A stretch of DNA of 64,000 nucleotides from a bacterium (GCA_965221165.1 CBDCRP010000002.1:576001-640000), one strand, 5' to 3'; shown: positions 1 through 13,213, counted from the first letter of the stretch. Numbers and translations: made by a program. The notes: generated by a model from the letters alone, not told the origin.

Positions 1-461
1 ATGGCTTCTGGGTAATCAGCCGGGTCGACGAGCACAGCCACGCGGCCATGGTTCTTCGAAGCCGCGCGCACCATGGTGGGGCCGCCGATGTCAATTTGCT
101 CTATCGCCTCCTCACGCATGCCACCGGGTTTGGCGACAGTCTCTCTGAAGGGATAGAGATTCACCGCCACCAGGTCGATGGGCGTGATGTCGTTCGCCCG
201 CATCTCCTCTTCCTGCTCGGGCAGGAGCGCCAGGATGCCGCCCAGAACCTTGGGATGAAGCGTCTTGACGCGCCCGCCCATGATTTCGGGATGTCCCGTA
301 TAATCGGAAACCTCCCGCACGGGGACGCCCGCGTCGTGCAGCGATTTGGCCGTGCCGCCGGTGGAGAGCACTTCCCAGCCCGCCTCGGCCAGGGCGGCGC
401 CGAGTTCCACCGCGCCTGTTTTGTCGCTCACGCTGATGATGGCGCGACGCTTGTCGCTCAT
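1..461 (-). CDS. purH: Bifunctional AICAR transformylase/IMP cyclohydrolase, N-terminal part (runs off window start)
   Basis: Not in ORF track. Manual translation from ATG at 461 gives [16 protein letters not shown]...GRVKTLHP...[19 protein letters not shown], the PurH MGS-like domain motifs. Confidence 0.95.
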   Translation of the reverse strand, partial: MSDKRRAIISVSDKTGAVELGAALAEAGWEVLSTGGTAKSLHDAGVPVREVSDYTGHPEIMGGRVKTLHPKVLGGILALLPEQEEEMRANDITPIDLVAVNLYPFRETVAKPGGMREEAIEQIDIGGPTMVRAASKNHGRVAVLVDPADYPEA

Positions 462-464
462 GGC

Positions 465-1709
465 CTATGTTTCCTCCCGGCGCACTTCGTATCCTTCTTG
501 CAGCAGAATCTGTATCAACCGCTCGAGATGCTCACGCCCGCGCACCTCCATGTGTAGCGTCGAGAGTGTATGGTTGATGGGCACTTCCGTCGAAAGCCTG
601 TCGTGCTCGATGTGGATGATGTTCACCCGGCAATCGGCCACGATCTTCGAAAGGCGCATCAGCGCGCCGGGTGCATCGTGCAGCGGCACCTGTATCCGCG
701 CGTAGCGGTTCGCAAGGGCCAACCCCTTGCCGATGATCCGCGAGAGCAGGTTGACGTCGAGATTCCCCCCGCTGATCAGGGCGACCACCTTCCCGCTCAC
801 CCTGGTTTTCCTCTCGATGAGCGCCGCCAGGGAGGAGGCTCCTGCCGCCTCGCTCAGCATCCGCTCCTGCTCGAGAAGTCCCAGAATGGCGTTGGCCATC
901 GCATCGTCGGAGACCGAAACTACCTGATCCACAAGGTCCTGAATCAAGGGGAAACAAAGTTCTCCGTTTCTCTTGACGGCGATGCCGTCCGCAATCGTCT
1001 GAACCGTTTTCGACTCGATTATTCTCCCAGCATCCAGCGAGCGCATGAGCGACGCGGCCCCCTCCGCCACTACGCCGATGACGCGCACGTCGGGCTTTCG
1101 GGTTTTCACCACCGCGGCGAGACCCGAGATGAGGCCGCCGCCTCCGACGGGGACGATGATGGTTCCCGCATCCGGCACTTCCTCCAGTATCTCGAGACCC
1201 AAAGTGCCCTGGCCCGCGATGACGTCGGGGTGATCGAAAGGAGGTATCATCGTCAGGCCGCGCTCTTCCTCATAGACACGGGCGCGCGCATAGGCGTCAT
1301 CGAAGGATGCTCCGAACAACTCCGTCTCGGCGCCCAAGGCCCGTACGGCGTCGAGCTTGGTGTTCGGCGTGGCCTCCGGCATCACCACCAGGGCCCTGAC
1401 GCCCAACTGCTTTGCCGCGAAGGCGACGCCCTGGGCGTGGTTCCCCGCGCTCGCGGTGACGACGCCCCACTGGAGTTGCGCCGGTTCGAGTTTTTGCAGC
1501 GCGTAAAGGGCGCCGCGCACCTTGAATGAGCCCGTCCGCTGAAAATTCTCCGGCTTGAGATAAATCTCCACACCCAACTGCTCGGAGAAATGCTCGGTGG
1601 GACGGGTGGGAGTCGGCCTCAGATGAGAGGATATCGCCTCCGCCGCCCGAACCGCACCGGCGGCGATGAGCAATGGCTCCAGTGTTTTTTGTGATACTTC
1701 GGGTTCCAT
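465..1709 (-). CDS. ilvA: Threonine ammonia-lyase with single C-terminal ACT domain
   Basis: PLP-lysine motif ENFQRTGSFKVRGA, SAGNHAQG, PVGGGGL, C-terminal ACT (DAPGAL). Start taken at MEPEVSQ. Confidence 0.93.
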   Translation of the reverse strand: MEPEVSQKTLEPLLIAAGAVRAAEAISSHLRPTPTRPTEHFSEQLGVEIYLKPENFQRTGSFKVRGALYALQKLEPAQLQWGVVTASAGNHAQGVAFAAKQLGVRALVVMPEATPNTKLDAVRALGAETELFGASFDDAYARARVYEEERGLTMIPPFDHPDVIAGQGTLGLEILEEVPDAGTIIVPVGGGGLISGLAAVVKTRKPDVRVIGVVAEGAASLMRSLDAGRIIESKTVQTIADGIAVKRNGELCFPLIQDLVDQVVSVSDDAMANAILGLLEQERMLSEAAGASSLAALIERKTRVSGKVVALISGGNLDVNLLSRIIGKGLALANRYARIQVPLHDAPGALMRLSKIVADCRVNIIHIEHDRLSTEVPINHTLSTLHMEVRGREHLERLIQILLQEGYEVRREET

Positions 1710-1863
1710 TCGCACCTGTCTTCTTTGTCCTGTTCGAGGGGAAAAAGCGCCCCGCACAACCCCAACGCTCGCCCCCGTTCGATCGACGACTCCTTAGCGG
1801 CGCATCGGGAGACGCGAGGCGGGCGGTTTCGCGGTTTGTGGAGCGCACACCTGACTCATATCG

Positions 1864-2228
<365 letters not shown>

Positions 2229-2297
2229 AGATATTTTCATACTCTCGCGCCATCAATTACACAACCGACAAGCGGTGGGTCGCGCGAATGCGCCTCC

Positions 2298-2711
2298 TCA
2301 TTCCATCCCGCTGTCGATGGCGCGATTGGCGGCGGCGTCGGCCGCCGTATTTTCTCCGCGGCGCACATGGCGCACCTCAATGGAGCCGAATTCCCTGGCC
2401 GCTACCTTCGCCCGCTCATACAAGGGCTTGAGGGCCTTGTTCCTGACCCGATACTCACCGCTCCACTGGCGAGCCATGAGTTCGGAATCCGTCACGACTT
2501 CCACGCTCTCGGCGCCAAGCTTCACCGCGCGCTCCAGACCCAGCAAAAACGCCTGATATTCCGCCACGTTGTTCGTCGCCGTGCCCAGATACCTGGTTTC
2601 CTGCGCCACGCAATTGCCCGCATCGTCATACAACAGGGCGGCGGCCCCTGCAGGACCCGGATTTCCCCGCGCGGCGCCATCGGTGTGAATCCGCAGATGG
2701 CCCGTTCTCAC
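2298..2711 (-). CDS. rnhA: Ribonuclease HI family protein (archaeal/actinobacterial-like short form)
   Basis: TDGAARGNPGPAG, ATNNVAEY, TDSEL, HVRRGENTAAD motifs. GTG start at 2711 overlaps the upstream stop (GTGA). Confidence 0.9.
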   Translation of the reverse strand: MRTGHLRIHTDGAARGNPGPAGAAALLYDDAGNCVAQETRYLGTATNNVAEYQAFLLGLERAVKLGAESVEVVTDSELMARQWSGEYRVRNKALKPLYERAKVAAREFGSIEVRHVRRGENTAADAAANRAIDSGME

Positions 2712-3454
2712 TCGGCATCCACCGGCAGGCTCAACTCCACTGTCTCGCCTTCTTCGTAATACAGGATGCGGTGACAACTCGAACAAGTGTAAATCCTGTC
2801 CTTCGAATCCCTGATCTCCAAAAAGCGCTTGATGGTCTCCGCCGTGCGGCAACCCTGGCAGGTGCGATTAGCGACGGCGCAAACGGCCAGCCCTTTCCGG
2901 GATTTTCTCAAGCCCCTGTAGCGCCTCATCCAATCCTCGCTCACATCCTTTGCGAGGACTTCCGACTTACCGACAAACTCGTTCAATTCACGCTCGAACT
3001 CCGCCTGGTGATTCTCATACTTCTTCACCTCGCCCTGCACCTTGCCCCGCGCCGTTTCCAATTCGCCGCGCGCGCTCGCGAGCTTCTCCTCATACGCCGG
3101 CATATTCTCCATGATCTCGAGAACGGTATCCTCGATATCGCTGATTCTTTTTTGATAGCCCTCTATCTCCAGCCCCAGGGCGCGGTACTCCTCGTTCGTT
3201 TTCACGAGGGCCTGCTTGGCGCGCGTGTCTCTCAACTTCTGATCGAAGGATTGAATTTCCCCCTCCGCTTCGCGCAGTTTTTTCCTGGCGGCTTCCACCT
3301 CTTTTTCGAGTTCCTCCACGGACGACTCGAACCCCGTTAAATACCGCTTTTCCTTTTCGATGGAAACGGGAATTTTCGAAATCGCATCGCGGCATTCATC
3401 CATCTTGACATCAACCGCCTGAAGCTCAATCAATGCCGCCAATTCCGGGTGCAC
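2708..3454 (-). CDS. Coiled-coil C4-type zinc-ribbon protein (DUF164 / HP0958-like)
   Basis: LIELQAVD N-terminus, long coiled coil, KTNEEY, CQGC...CSSCHRILY. Typical position between tRNA and rnhA. Confidence 0.88.
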   Translation of the reverse strand: MHPELAALIELQAVDVKMDECRDAISKIPVSIEKEKRYLTGFESSVEELEKEVEAARKKLREAEGEIQSFDQKLRDTRAKQALVKTNEEYRALGLEIEGYQKRISDIEDTVLEIMENMPAYEEKLASARGELETARGKVQGEVKKYENHQAEFERELNEFVGKSEVLAKDVSEDWMRRYRGLRKSRKGLAVCAVANRTCQGCRTAETIKRFLEIRDSKDRIYTCSSCHRILYYEEGETVELSLPVDAE

Positions 3455-3500
3455 TGCGCCATACTCCTCGCATCGCTTCGGTGGTCAATCAGAAATCGCG

Positions 3501-3575
3501 TGGTGGGCCCACCTGGATTCGAACCAAGGACCAGCCGGTTATGAGCCGGCGGCTCTACCGCTGAGCTATGGGCCC
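3501..3575 (-). tRNA. tRNA with CAT anticodon, most likely tRNA-Ile2 (lysidine-modified)
   Basis: GGGCCCATAGCTCAGCGGTAGAGCCGCCGGCTCATAACCGGCTGGTCCTTGGTTCGAATCCAGGTGGGCCCACCA folds as a cloverleaf with encoded CCA. The GGGCCC acceptor stem and post-rpoD location favour Ile2 over Met. Confidence 0.93.
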
Positions 3576-3701
3576 GATAGCAGCGCGACCGTTAAGAGGG
3601 GCGCATCGGGGGATCGATGCATCCTCCGCCTCGGGCGCCCATTCGACTGTGAATATATGGCCCCCGCGCGCGTTCAATGTCAATCGCACGAGGTTTTCGA
3701 C

Positions 3702-5483
<1,782 letters not shown>

Positions 5484-5559
5484 TGTCGCTCTCCTTTTCA
5501 TCCCGCCAGGCAGTTGAACAACTGCGAGTCCATGAAAATTAAAATCTGCTTAAAACGCC

Positions 5560-7446
5560 TCAACGCGGGGAGGCCGCTCTCTGCCGCTCGCGCAGAAGCG
5601 CGTTTTTCCGCTCCAGCAGTTTCCATAGTTCAGGGGAATCCTCCCCTTCTTCCTTGCGCGTCTGTTCGATGACTTTCAGCAAATCCTCCTCTACCTTTCG
5701 CCGTCGACGTTCTTTGAGCCTCTCGATACAATCGAAGAGTTCCGCTTCCACCTCTTCGGGCTCCACCTCCACGACGGCCAGTTCCACTACCAGCGCGCGC
5801 GCTCCCGGACTCTCCAGCCTGTCCGCGAGAGAAGCCGCCGTGAGCGAAGCCGCATCCTTTGATTTCATGAGGGCGAGAACCTCGTTCACCGCCGGGTCTG
5901 TCATGAGGCCATCGGGCACCTCTAACGCCAACTCCGGTTTCATGAGCAAAAGCTGCAAGGCGTCCGTCTCGAATTTTGGACGCTCGAGGTTCTCCCCGAG
6001 CAAGTCGATCTTATTTTCCTCTTTTCGGGGCGATCGTTCCCGGGCGTTTTCCGCCAGCATCCGTTTCACCATGGCGGTCAGCGTGGGATAGGGAATCCCG
6101 AGTTGATCCTCCAGCAAAGCCAAATATTGGTCCTGAACGCTGCGGTGGCAAGCCCCGAGAATGGGCAAAAGCCGCTGGATGGCTTCGATTTTCTCTGCCT
6201 GGCCCGCGCCTGCGGCGATCCCGGCCATCGCGGCTTTGGCGGTGTTCTCCAAAATGCCCTCGGCGGAGGAGAGTATGCGGGCAAAATCCTCCGCGCCGTT
6301 TTCCCCTAAAAACGTGTCGACGTCGCGCCCTTCGGGCAGGTTCACCACCTTGAGGCGCACGGCGCCCGCTCCGTCGCGGTCGATGAAATCCTTACGCAGG
6401 ACATCGCTGGCCACGAGTTGATCGGGCGCGCCCGCGAGACCGAGCATCTGGCCCGCCACCGAACCTGCACGCTGAGAAGCCGCAAGACCCGCGGCATCGG
6501 GATCGAAGACGAATACGAGTTCCTCGGCGTGCGCCCTAAGGCTCCTGATGTGCTCTGAGGTCAGCGCTGTGCCGAGGGGCGCCACGGACTCTCGAAAACC
6601 ATGTCGCCAAAGCGAAATGACGTCGAAATATCCCTCCGTCACCAGGACGCGCTTTTTCTCGCGAATCGCCTCTCTGCCCTCATAAAAGCCATATAAGGTT
6701 CTTCCCTTCTTGAAGAGCGCCGTATCCGGCGAATTCACGTATTTCGCGGTGGCGTGGCGCGAATCGCTATCGGGCAGCGAGCGCCCGCCGAAACCCACTA
6801 TTTCGCCCTCGTGGTTGCGGATGGGAAACATGATGCGGTCCCTGAAGCGATCGTAAAACCCGCTCCCATCCTCGCGCCGAACGGCAAGGCCCGCATCCGC
6901 GAGTTCATCGGGAGACACTCCCCTTCCCCCCGCACCCTTGATGAGTGCATCCCAGCGCGGCGGCGCAAACCCGATCCGAAACCTCTCTCGCGCCTCGTTC
7001 GTGACGCCGCGCTCGGCCAGATACCGGCGGCCCCTCTCGCCCGGGTTGCTCTCGAGCGCCACCCCGAAAAAATCGGCCGCCATGCGATTTATGGCCAATA
7101 TCTTCTGCCGCGCCTCCGGTTTTTGGGGGCTTCGCCCCGAGGATTCCTCATAGCGGGAGAGGTCTATGCCCTGGCGCTTCGCCAGGCGCGAGAGCGCCTC
7201 GGGAAAGCTCAATCCCTCGTGCTGCATCAGGAACTGAAAGGCGTTGCCCCCCGCCCCGCATCCAAAACATTTGTAAATGCCCATGCGCGGGTTCACGTTG
7301 AACGAAGGTGTTTTCTCGTCATGGAACGGACAAAGCCCCTTGTAGTTCGTACCCGCTTTCTTGAGGGGCACGAACTCCCCGACGACGTCTTCTATCGGAG
7401 CGCCGTCTCTTATCTGATCGACTACCTCGTCAGGTACGCGTCCCAT
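5560..7446 (-). CDS. dnaG: DNA primase
   Basis: CHC2 zinc finger CPFHDEKTPSF...CFGCG, YDRFRDRIMFPI, KYVNSP, TEGYFD, TOPRIM FDPDAAG. Confidence 0.97.
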   Translation of the reverse strand: MGRVPDEVVDQIRDGAPIEDVVGEFVPLKKAGTNYKGLCPFHDEKTPSFNVNPRMGIYKCFGCGAGGNAFQFLMQHEGLSFPEALSRLAKRQGIDLSRYEESSGRSPQKPEARQKILAINRMAADFFGVALESNPGERGRRYLAERGVTNEARERFRIGFAPPRWDALIKGAGGRGVSPDELADAGLAVRREDGSGFYDRFRDRIMFPIRNHEGEIVGFGGRSLPDSDSRHATAKYVNSPDTALFKKGRTLYGFYEGREAIREKKRVLVTEGYFDVISLWRHGFRESVAPLGTALTSEHIRSLRAHAEELVFVFDPDAAGLAASQRAGSVAGQMLGLAGAPDQLVASDVLRKDFIDRDGAGAVRLKVVNLPEGRDVDTFLGENGAEDFARILSSAEGILENTAKAAMAGIAAGAGQAEKIEAIQRLLPILGACHRSVQDQYLALLEDQLGIPYPTLTAMVKRMLAENARERSPRKEENKIDLLGENLERPKFETDALQLLLMKPELALEVPDGLMTDPAVNEVLALMKSKDAASLTAASLADRLESPGARALVVELAVVEVEPEEVEAELFDCIERLKERRRRKVEEDLLKVIEQTRKEEGEDSPELWKLLERKNALLRERQRAASPR

Positions 7447-7472
7447 TCCACTACCTCATCAAAGAAAACGAA

Positions 7473-9833
7473 TCATCGGTGCAGGGCCAACTCCACGTTT
7501 GTGACGCCCCAGCCCCCTTCCTCCGGCCGGGCGGGGCCGAACTTCGACACCAGGGCATGTTCCTTCAAACGCTCCGCGATGATCTTGGAGAGAACCCCCT
7601 CACCCTTGCCGTGGACGATGCGAACCGACGCTATCCCCACGATCGCGGCGTCGTCGAGATATTTCTCCACCATCTCGAGGGCGCGCTCGGCGCGTACGCC
7701 GCGCAACTGGAGTTCGGGCGAGAAATCGCCCCCCCTCGATTCGACGTCGTGCGTCACCGTGACCCGCCTGTGCGGCGCGCTCGACGCATCATCCAAAACC
7801 TCCACCGCACTACAAGCCAGGCGCAGAGATTTGCCATTCACCGACACGGTCAGTTCATCCTCTCCGTGGAAAGCGAACACCTCTCCAGTACAGTTCATGA
7901 GCGGGATGCGGACCCTGTCTCCTACGCGGCACGAAACCGGGGCGCGCAGCACAGCCGCCTCCTCCCTCGGAGGGAGCGCTTCTTCGATTTTCACGCTCAT
8001 CTCACGGATGCGCTCGCGCGCGATTCGCTTGGATTCTTCCATCTCGTGCGCACCGCGCATCTCGTTCAGGAGGCCATCGGCCTCGCGCCTCAACTCTTTC
8101 AAAAAACGGGCCGCCTCATCGCTTTTTTCGAGTGCCTCCTCGCGCATCCGGCATTCCAGCTCGCTCTCCCGCGCCTCAATCTGCGCCCGCCGGGCCGCCA
8201 GGTCGGCTTCTTTTTCGGCAATCTCGCGTGCCTGATCGGAGAGATTCGCCATCAGGCGATCCACCTGAACAGGGCCTTTCATGAGCAGTGCATCCGCACG
8301 CGCCAGCACGGATTCGGGCAAACCCATCTTCTCGGCCACCGACATGGCGTTGCTCGGTCCCGCCGCACCCATGCGGATCCGGTAGGTGGGCGAGAGGTCA
8401 TCGGCATCGAACTCGACCGATGCGTTCTCGGCGTGCGCAGCCGCATAGGCGTAATGCTTGAGAGCGTCGTGGTGCGTCGTCACGATGCAAAGCGCGCCGC
8501 GCGCCGCCAGATGCTCGAGCACGGAGACGCCGATGGCGGAACCCTCGGCAGGGTCGGTGCCGGAGCCCAACTCGTCCAAGAGCACGAGCACGCCTTCTTT
8601 TGCCTCGCGCACCGCGCCCGAGACGCGCGCCATGTGGCCCGAGAAGGTGCTCAGGTTCTGATGGATGTCCTGCTCATCGCCGATGTCGGCGACGAGCGTC
8701 TTTACGACGGGAAGCGCGCTCTCGGGCGCAGCCGGTATGGGGACGCCGCACTGGTGAAGCGCCACGCAAAGGCCCACCGTTTTGAGCGCCACGGTCTTGC
8801 CGCCCGTGTTGGGTCCAGTGATGAGGAGTTGACGAACCCCGCCCCTTCCCACTTCGAGGTCGATGGGCACCACTTGTTCCTTAGGCACCGCACCCACACC
8901 CGCCGTGAGAAGCGGATGACGCGCGGCTCTTAGCCTGATGCTGCCGTCCGCGCTCGCCTGAGGACGCGAGCCGCGCCAATCGGCCCCCAGGCGTCCTTTC
9001 GCCCAAATGAGGTCGAGCGCCGCCAGGCATTTCACCAGATATTCGATGGACTCGCGCGCCGCCATCACCTCCGCGGTGAGTTCGCGCAAGATTCTCTCCA
9101 CCTCCGCGCGCTCGGCCTCGCGCTCCTCGGCAATGGCGTTGTTGACGGGCACCGCCGAAAGCGGCTCGACGAACACCGTCTCCCCGCTCGCGGAGCGATC
9201 CTGGATCACGCCCTCGAACGAGCGCCTGAAAACCGTTTTGGCGGGAATCAGATACCGCTCACGCCTCTGAACGATCAGATTTTCCTGAACCGCATTCGGA
9301 TGCGCGGCCATCACCCTGTCGAGCAGACGCCGTATCTCGGCCCTCAGCGCGCGCTGCTTGGCTCTCGATTCCTGAAGCTCGAAGCTCGCGTCGTCGCGCA
9401 CCTCGCCACGCTCATCGAGAATACGCCGGATTCGCGCGGCCAGAGGGTATTGCATGTCCGCACCATGAATGCGCATCCTGAGCCTGGGCAGCCTCTCGGC
9501 GCGCTCCTCCACGAAGCGGCGCACATCGGAGGCAAGATTCAGCAACGAGAGAATCGACAGGAATTTCTCGCCTTCGAGGTTCCCTCCGCGGCGCCTGATG
9601 TCCTCGAGCCATTCTCGCGGATCATCGAATGCAGACAGTGGCATGAACTCCCCGGCGCCGAGAAGCGCCATTACCTCATCCGTCTCATCAAGCAAGGTAT
9701 CGACTTCGAAAGACGATCTGGCCGGAACGAGCGCAGCAGCCTCAAGCGCGCCGGATGCGGAGGCGCAGCGAGCCTCCAGCAGCCTCAGTACACTCGCGAA
9801 TTCAATGCCTTGCAGTGTCCGATCATCCATCAA
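7473..9833 (-). CDS. mutS2: MutS2 family protein with Smr domain
   Basis: ITGPNTGGKT Walker A, DIGDEQ...LSTFSGHM, LLDELGSGTDP, C-terminal Smr (VHGKGEG). Confidence 0.95.
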   Translation of the reverse strand: MMDDRTLQGIEFASVLRLLEARCASASGALEAAALVPARSSFEVDTLLDETDEVMALLGAGEFMPLSAFDDPREWLEDIRRRGGNLEGEKFLSILSLLNLASDVRRFVEERAERLPRLRMRIHGADMQYPLAARIRRILDERGEVRDDASFELQESRAKQRALRAEIRRLLDRVMAAHPNAVQENLIVQRRERYLIPAKTVFRRSFEGVIQDRSASGETVFVEPLSAVPVNNAIAEEREAERAEVERILRELTAEVMAARESIEYLVKCLAALDLIWAKGRLGADWRGSRPQASADGSIRLRAARHPLLTAGVGAVPKEQVVPIDLEVGRGGVRQLLITGPNTGGKTVALKTVGLCVALHQCGVPIPAAPESALPVVKTLVADIGDEQDIHQNLSTFSGHMARVSGAVREAKEGVLVLLDELGSGTDPAEGSAIGVSVLEHLAARGALCIVTTHHDALKHYAYAAAHAENASVEFDADDLSPTYRIRMGAAGPSNAMSVAEKMGLPESVLARADALLMKGPVQVDRLMANLSDQAREIAEKEADLAARRAQIEARESELECRMREEALEKSDEAARFLKELRREADGLLNEMRGAHEMEESKRIARERIREMSVKIEEALPPREEAAVLRAPVSCRVGDRVRIPLMNCTGEVFAFHGEDELTVSVNGKSLRLACSAVEVLDDASSAPHRRVTVTHDVESRGGDFSPELQLRGVRAERALEMVEKYLDDAAIVGIASVRIVHGKGEGVLSKIIAERLKEHALVSKFGPARPEEGGWGVTNVELALHR

Positions 9834-10246
9834 CCAGCACCCACGGATAATAGATTCAACGATGAATCATGCGCTTCGTCCGATAGCGGGACAAAACGGC
9901 GTATTCAGGAAATCTCGCTTCAAGATTTGGCGATTCTTTTCCGACATATCTCAATGGAATCAGTCGGCAATGCCTATGGGGCGAAGTAGTGCTCGGAGTC
10001 CTTCTCGTCGGCCGTTCTTCAAGGTGAACCGAAGAACGAAATGGCCATGAACAAAACAATGGGGACGACTCTTGCCATCCCGTATCTTTTTGAAATTCAA
10101 GAGTTTATAACATCAAACCCACAGATTGCGTATTATCTCCATTATCAATCGACAATATAGGAGTTGATAGTGAAATTGTCAAACAAAATGAAAATAATAA
10201 AATGTTGCTTTGAACGGCGAATCAGCGGATTTTCGGCGAAACGGCC

Positions 10247-10921
10247 CTATCTCTCGGATTCCGGCCTACCACCACGCCCGAACCGGCGCGCGAGTTCCGC
10301 AAAAACCCGCCCGGGCGGCACATCGTGCGCGGCCAGACCCACCAGGGCGTGAAACCACAAATCGGCCACCTCGTTCGTTATATCGTCGGGGTCGCCGTCC
10401 TTCATTGCCATGACGACTTCGGTGGCTTCTTCCCCGATTTTCTTAAGCACCCTATCCTCTCCCTTGGAGAACAGGCGCGCCACGTAGCTCGAATCCGTAT
10501 CGCCCGCCTTTTTTCTCTCCAGGATCAAGCGATAAATCGATTCGAGCAGATTCTGATCGAAATCGAGCACCGCACCGCCCCCTTCCCGCACAGGCGCCGG
10601 AACTTCGTTGAAAAAACACGACATCCGGTTCGTGTGGCAGGCCGGCCCGTCGGGCCTTACGATGAACACCAGCGCATCCGCATCACAATCGAGCCTCGCC
10701 GAGACCAGGCGCAGATAATTTCCCGACGTTTCACCCTTGTGCCAAAGTTCCCCGCGTGAGCGGGACCAGAAGTGGACGGTTCCCTTCTCCAGCGTGAGGC
10801 GGAGCGATTCCTCGTTCACCCAGGCGAGGGTCAGGACCTGTCCCGTCCCCGCATCCTGGCAGATGGCGGGGGCCAGACCCTGTTCGTTCCATTTGACCTC
10901 GGGAATGCCCGGCTCGCTCAC
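10247..10921 (-). CDS. hisIE: Phosphoribosyl-AMP cyclohydrolase / phosphoribosyl-ATP pyrophosphatase
   Basis: [23 protein letters not shown], then KKIGEEATE and EVADL. Confidence 0.96.
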   Translation of the reverse strand: MSEPGIPEVKWNEQGLAPAICQDAGTGQVLTLAWVNEESLRLTLEKGTVHFWSRSRGELWHKGETSGNYLRLVSARLDCDADALVFIVRPDGPACHTNRMSCFFNEVPAPVREGGGAVLDFDQNLLESIYRLILERKKAGDTDSSYVARLFSKGEDRVLKKIGEEATEVVMAMKDGDPDDITNEVADLWFHALVGLAAHDVPPGRVFAELARRFGRGGRPESER

Positions 10922-11682
10922 AGTCTTACCTCCATGCCGCGCTCGCGCAGATAGATTTTCACCTCCTCGACCGAATAATCACCGAAATGAAAGATCGAAG
11001 CGGCCAGAACGGCGTCGGCGCAGCCCTCCTCCAAACCCTCGTAGAGATGCTCAAGATTCCCCACACCGCCCGAAGCGATGACGGGCACGCTCACCCGCTC
11101 GGCAATCGTGCGCGTGAGCGCCAAATCATACCCGTCCTTGGTTCCGTCCCTGTCCATGCTGGTCAGGAGAATCTCGCCTGCACCCAACGCGCACGCCTCC
11201 TCCGCCCAGGCCACGGCGTCCCTGCCGGTAGGGCGCGAACCCCCATGCGTGAACGCCTCCCACCGGGGCGCATCGTCTGAAACGCGCTTGGCGTCTATGG
11301 CGCACACGATGGTGGAGCTTCCATAACGCTCCGCCGAGCGCTTGAGTAGCCCTGAGTCCCTGAGCGCCGCACTGTTGATGCTCACCTTGTCCGCTCCCGC
11401 TCTCAGTAAGTCGCGCACGTCCTCTTCCTCTCGGACGCCGCCGCCCACCGTGAGCGGAACAAACACGCGCTCCGCCGTGCGCCGCACCATGTCGAGCAAG
11501 GTGCCGCGTTTTTCCTTGGAAGCCGTGATGTCAAGAAAACAGATTTCATCCGCCCCCATTTCATCATAGTGCGCGGCGCACTCCACAGGGTCGCCCGCGT
11601 CGCGCAGACCCTCAAAATTCACCCCCTTCACCACCCGGCCTTCCTTGACGTCGAGACAGGGAATGATTCGCTTGGCTAGCAA
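10918..11682 (-). CDS. hisF: Imidazole glycerol phosphate synthase cyclase subunit
   Basis: [39 protein letters not shown]. Confidence 0.98.
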   Translation of the reverse strand: MLAKRIIPCLDVKEGRVVKGVNFEGLRDAGDPVECAAHYDEMGADEICFLDITASKEKRGTLLDMVRRTAERVFVPLTVGGGVREEEDVRDLLRAGADKVSINSAALRDSGLLKRSAERYGSSTIVCAIDAKRVSDDAPRWEAFTHGGSRPTGRDAVAWAEEACALGAGEILLTSMDRDGTKDGYDLALTRTIAERVSVPVIASGGVGNLEHLYEGLEEGCADAVLAASIFHFGDYSVEEVKIYLRERGMEVRL

Positions 11683-12401
11683 GAGAGCATCTCCATCGCT
11701 TTGGGAAAATCCATGGTTCCCTCGTACAGGGCGCGCCCCACGACGGCGCCGATGACGCCTCTATCCTCGAGGGGAATCAGTTTTTCCACGTCCTCGAGCC
11801 TGCTCACCCCCCCTGCGGCGATGACGGGCAGACCACAGGCCTCGGCGAGCGCCACCGTGGGTTCGGGGTCGAAACCCTCCAGGGTGCCATCCCGCCTGAT
11901 GTCGGTGAAAATGATTCCCGCCAGGGGCAAACCGGCGAATCGATTCGCCAACGATTCGGGCGATACCGAATCTCCCTCCTCCCAGCCCGAGATTCTGACT
12001 TCCCCGTCCTTGGCGTCTATGCCTAGCAGAATTTTTCCGGGGTTTTTGCGGGCGGCGGATTCGAGAAACTCTGGGTTCCGGAGTGCGCTCGTACCCAGGA
12101 TGACGAAACTCGCCCCCGCCTCCAGGACGGCCGCAAGCGACTCCTCCGAGCGTACGCCGCCGCCGAATTCCACGGGGACCTCCACGGACTCCGCCACTTG
12201 GGTCAGAACATCAATGTGGGCGGGCGCGCCATCGAAGGCGCCGTCAAGATCAATGAGATGAAGTCTCTGCGCTCCCTGCTCCACCCAGCGCAAGGCCCAC
12301 ACTACCGGGTCGTCGCCGTAGACGATCTCCCGGCCCTTTTGGCCCTGAATGAGCCTCACGCATTTACCTCCCTTGAGATCGACCGCCGGAATCAGAATCA
12401 A
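11676..12401 (-). CDS. hisA: ProFAR isomerase
   Basis: [40 protein letters not shown]. Confidence 0.97.
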   Translation of the reverse strand: MILIPAVDLKGGKCVRLIQGQKGREIVYGDDPVVWALRWVEQGAQRLHLIDLDGAFDGAPAHIDVLTQVAESVEVPVEFGGGVRSEESLAAVLEAGASFVILGTSALRNPEFLESAARKNPGKILLGIDAKDGEVRISGWEEGDSVSPESLANRFAGLPLAGIIFTDIRRDGTLEGFDPEPTVALAEACGLPVIAAGGVSRLEDVEKLIPLEDRGVIGAVVGRALYEGTMDFPKAMEMLSC

Positions 12402-12544
12402 AGAGCTACCCCTGGTTGAGAGAAGTCCCCGTTTCTCTTGCGCCTCTCATTAAACCCAAACGGGTTTTATTGCAAATGCGTATGGGAATTTATCGCAGAA
12501 AAAGCATTGCCGGAGGGCGAGGCGATTCGCGCTCGAGGTCGTTC

Positions 12545-13213
12545 CTATGAGGATGAGGTTTTATGCGCGCTGCAAATGTCGACGAATTTCTTCAATATGC
12601 CCAAGCCGAGCGCGCCGCTTTTCTCCGGGTGAAACTGGGTGGCGAAGAGGTTTCCCCTGTGGACGCTGGCGATGAAGGGCACACCGAAATCACAGGTCGC
12701 CGCTATCCAGGGCTGCGCCGCTTCTGAGGGCTCCGCATAGTAGGAGTGGACGAAATAAAAATGCGCGCCTTGTGGCAAGCCCTCGAGAATCGGGGATTGG
12801 CTGTGAAAATGCGGCTGGTTCCAGCCCATATGCGGAACCTTGAGGGGCAGCGGGCCGCCGTTATCCGTCATCCCCTCGGGAAAGCGCCGTACACGCCCCG
12901 GCAGGACCCCCAAACCCGGCGTGGCCCCGAACTCCTCGCTTTCCTCGAAGAGAACCTGAAGGCCGAGACATATCCCGAGATATGGGACGCCTCGCTCGAT
13001 GGCGCGGCGCAGGGGTCCGGTGAGGCAGGCATCCTCCAAAGCGCCCATGCAATCCGGAAAACCGCCCACCCCCGGCAGAATGACGCCTGAGGCCGCATCC
13101 AGGGCCTCGGGTTCGTCGCTCAGCACCGCCTTAGCGCCTATTTTGGCCAAAGCGTTCTTCACGCTCAGGACGTTTCCCATGCCATAGTCAACTACGATGA
13201 TCTCAGCCGTCAT
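12545..13213 (-). CDS. hisH: IGP synthase glutaminase subunit
   Basis: VDYGMGN, GICLGLQ, PHMGWN, YFVHSY, QFHPEKS. Confidence 0.97.
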   Translation of the reverse strand: MTAEIIVVDYGMGNVLSVKNALAKIGAKAVLSDEPEALDAASGVILPGVGGFPDCMGALEDACLTGPLRRAIERGVPYLGICLGLQVLFEESEEFGATPGLGVLPGRVRRFPEGMTDNGGPLPLKVPHMGWNQPHFHSQSPILEGLPQGAHFYFVHSYYAEPSEAAQPWIAATCDFGVPFIASVHRGNLFATQFHPEKSGALGLGILKKFVDICSAHKTSSS

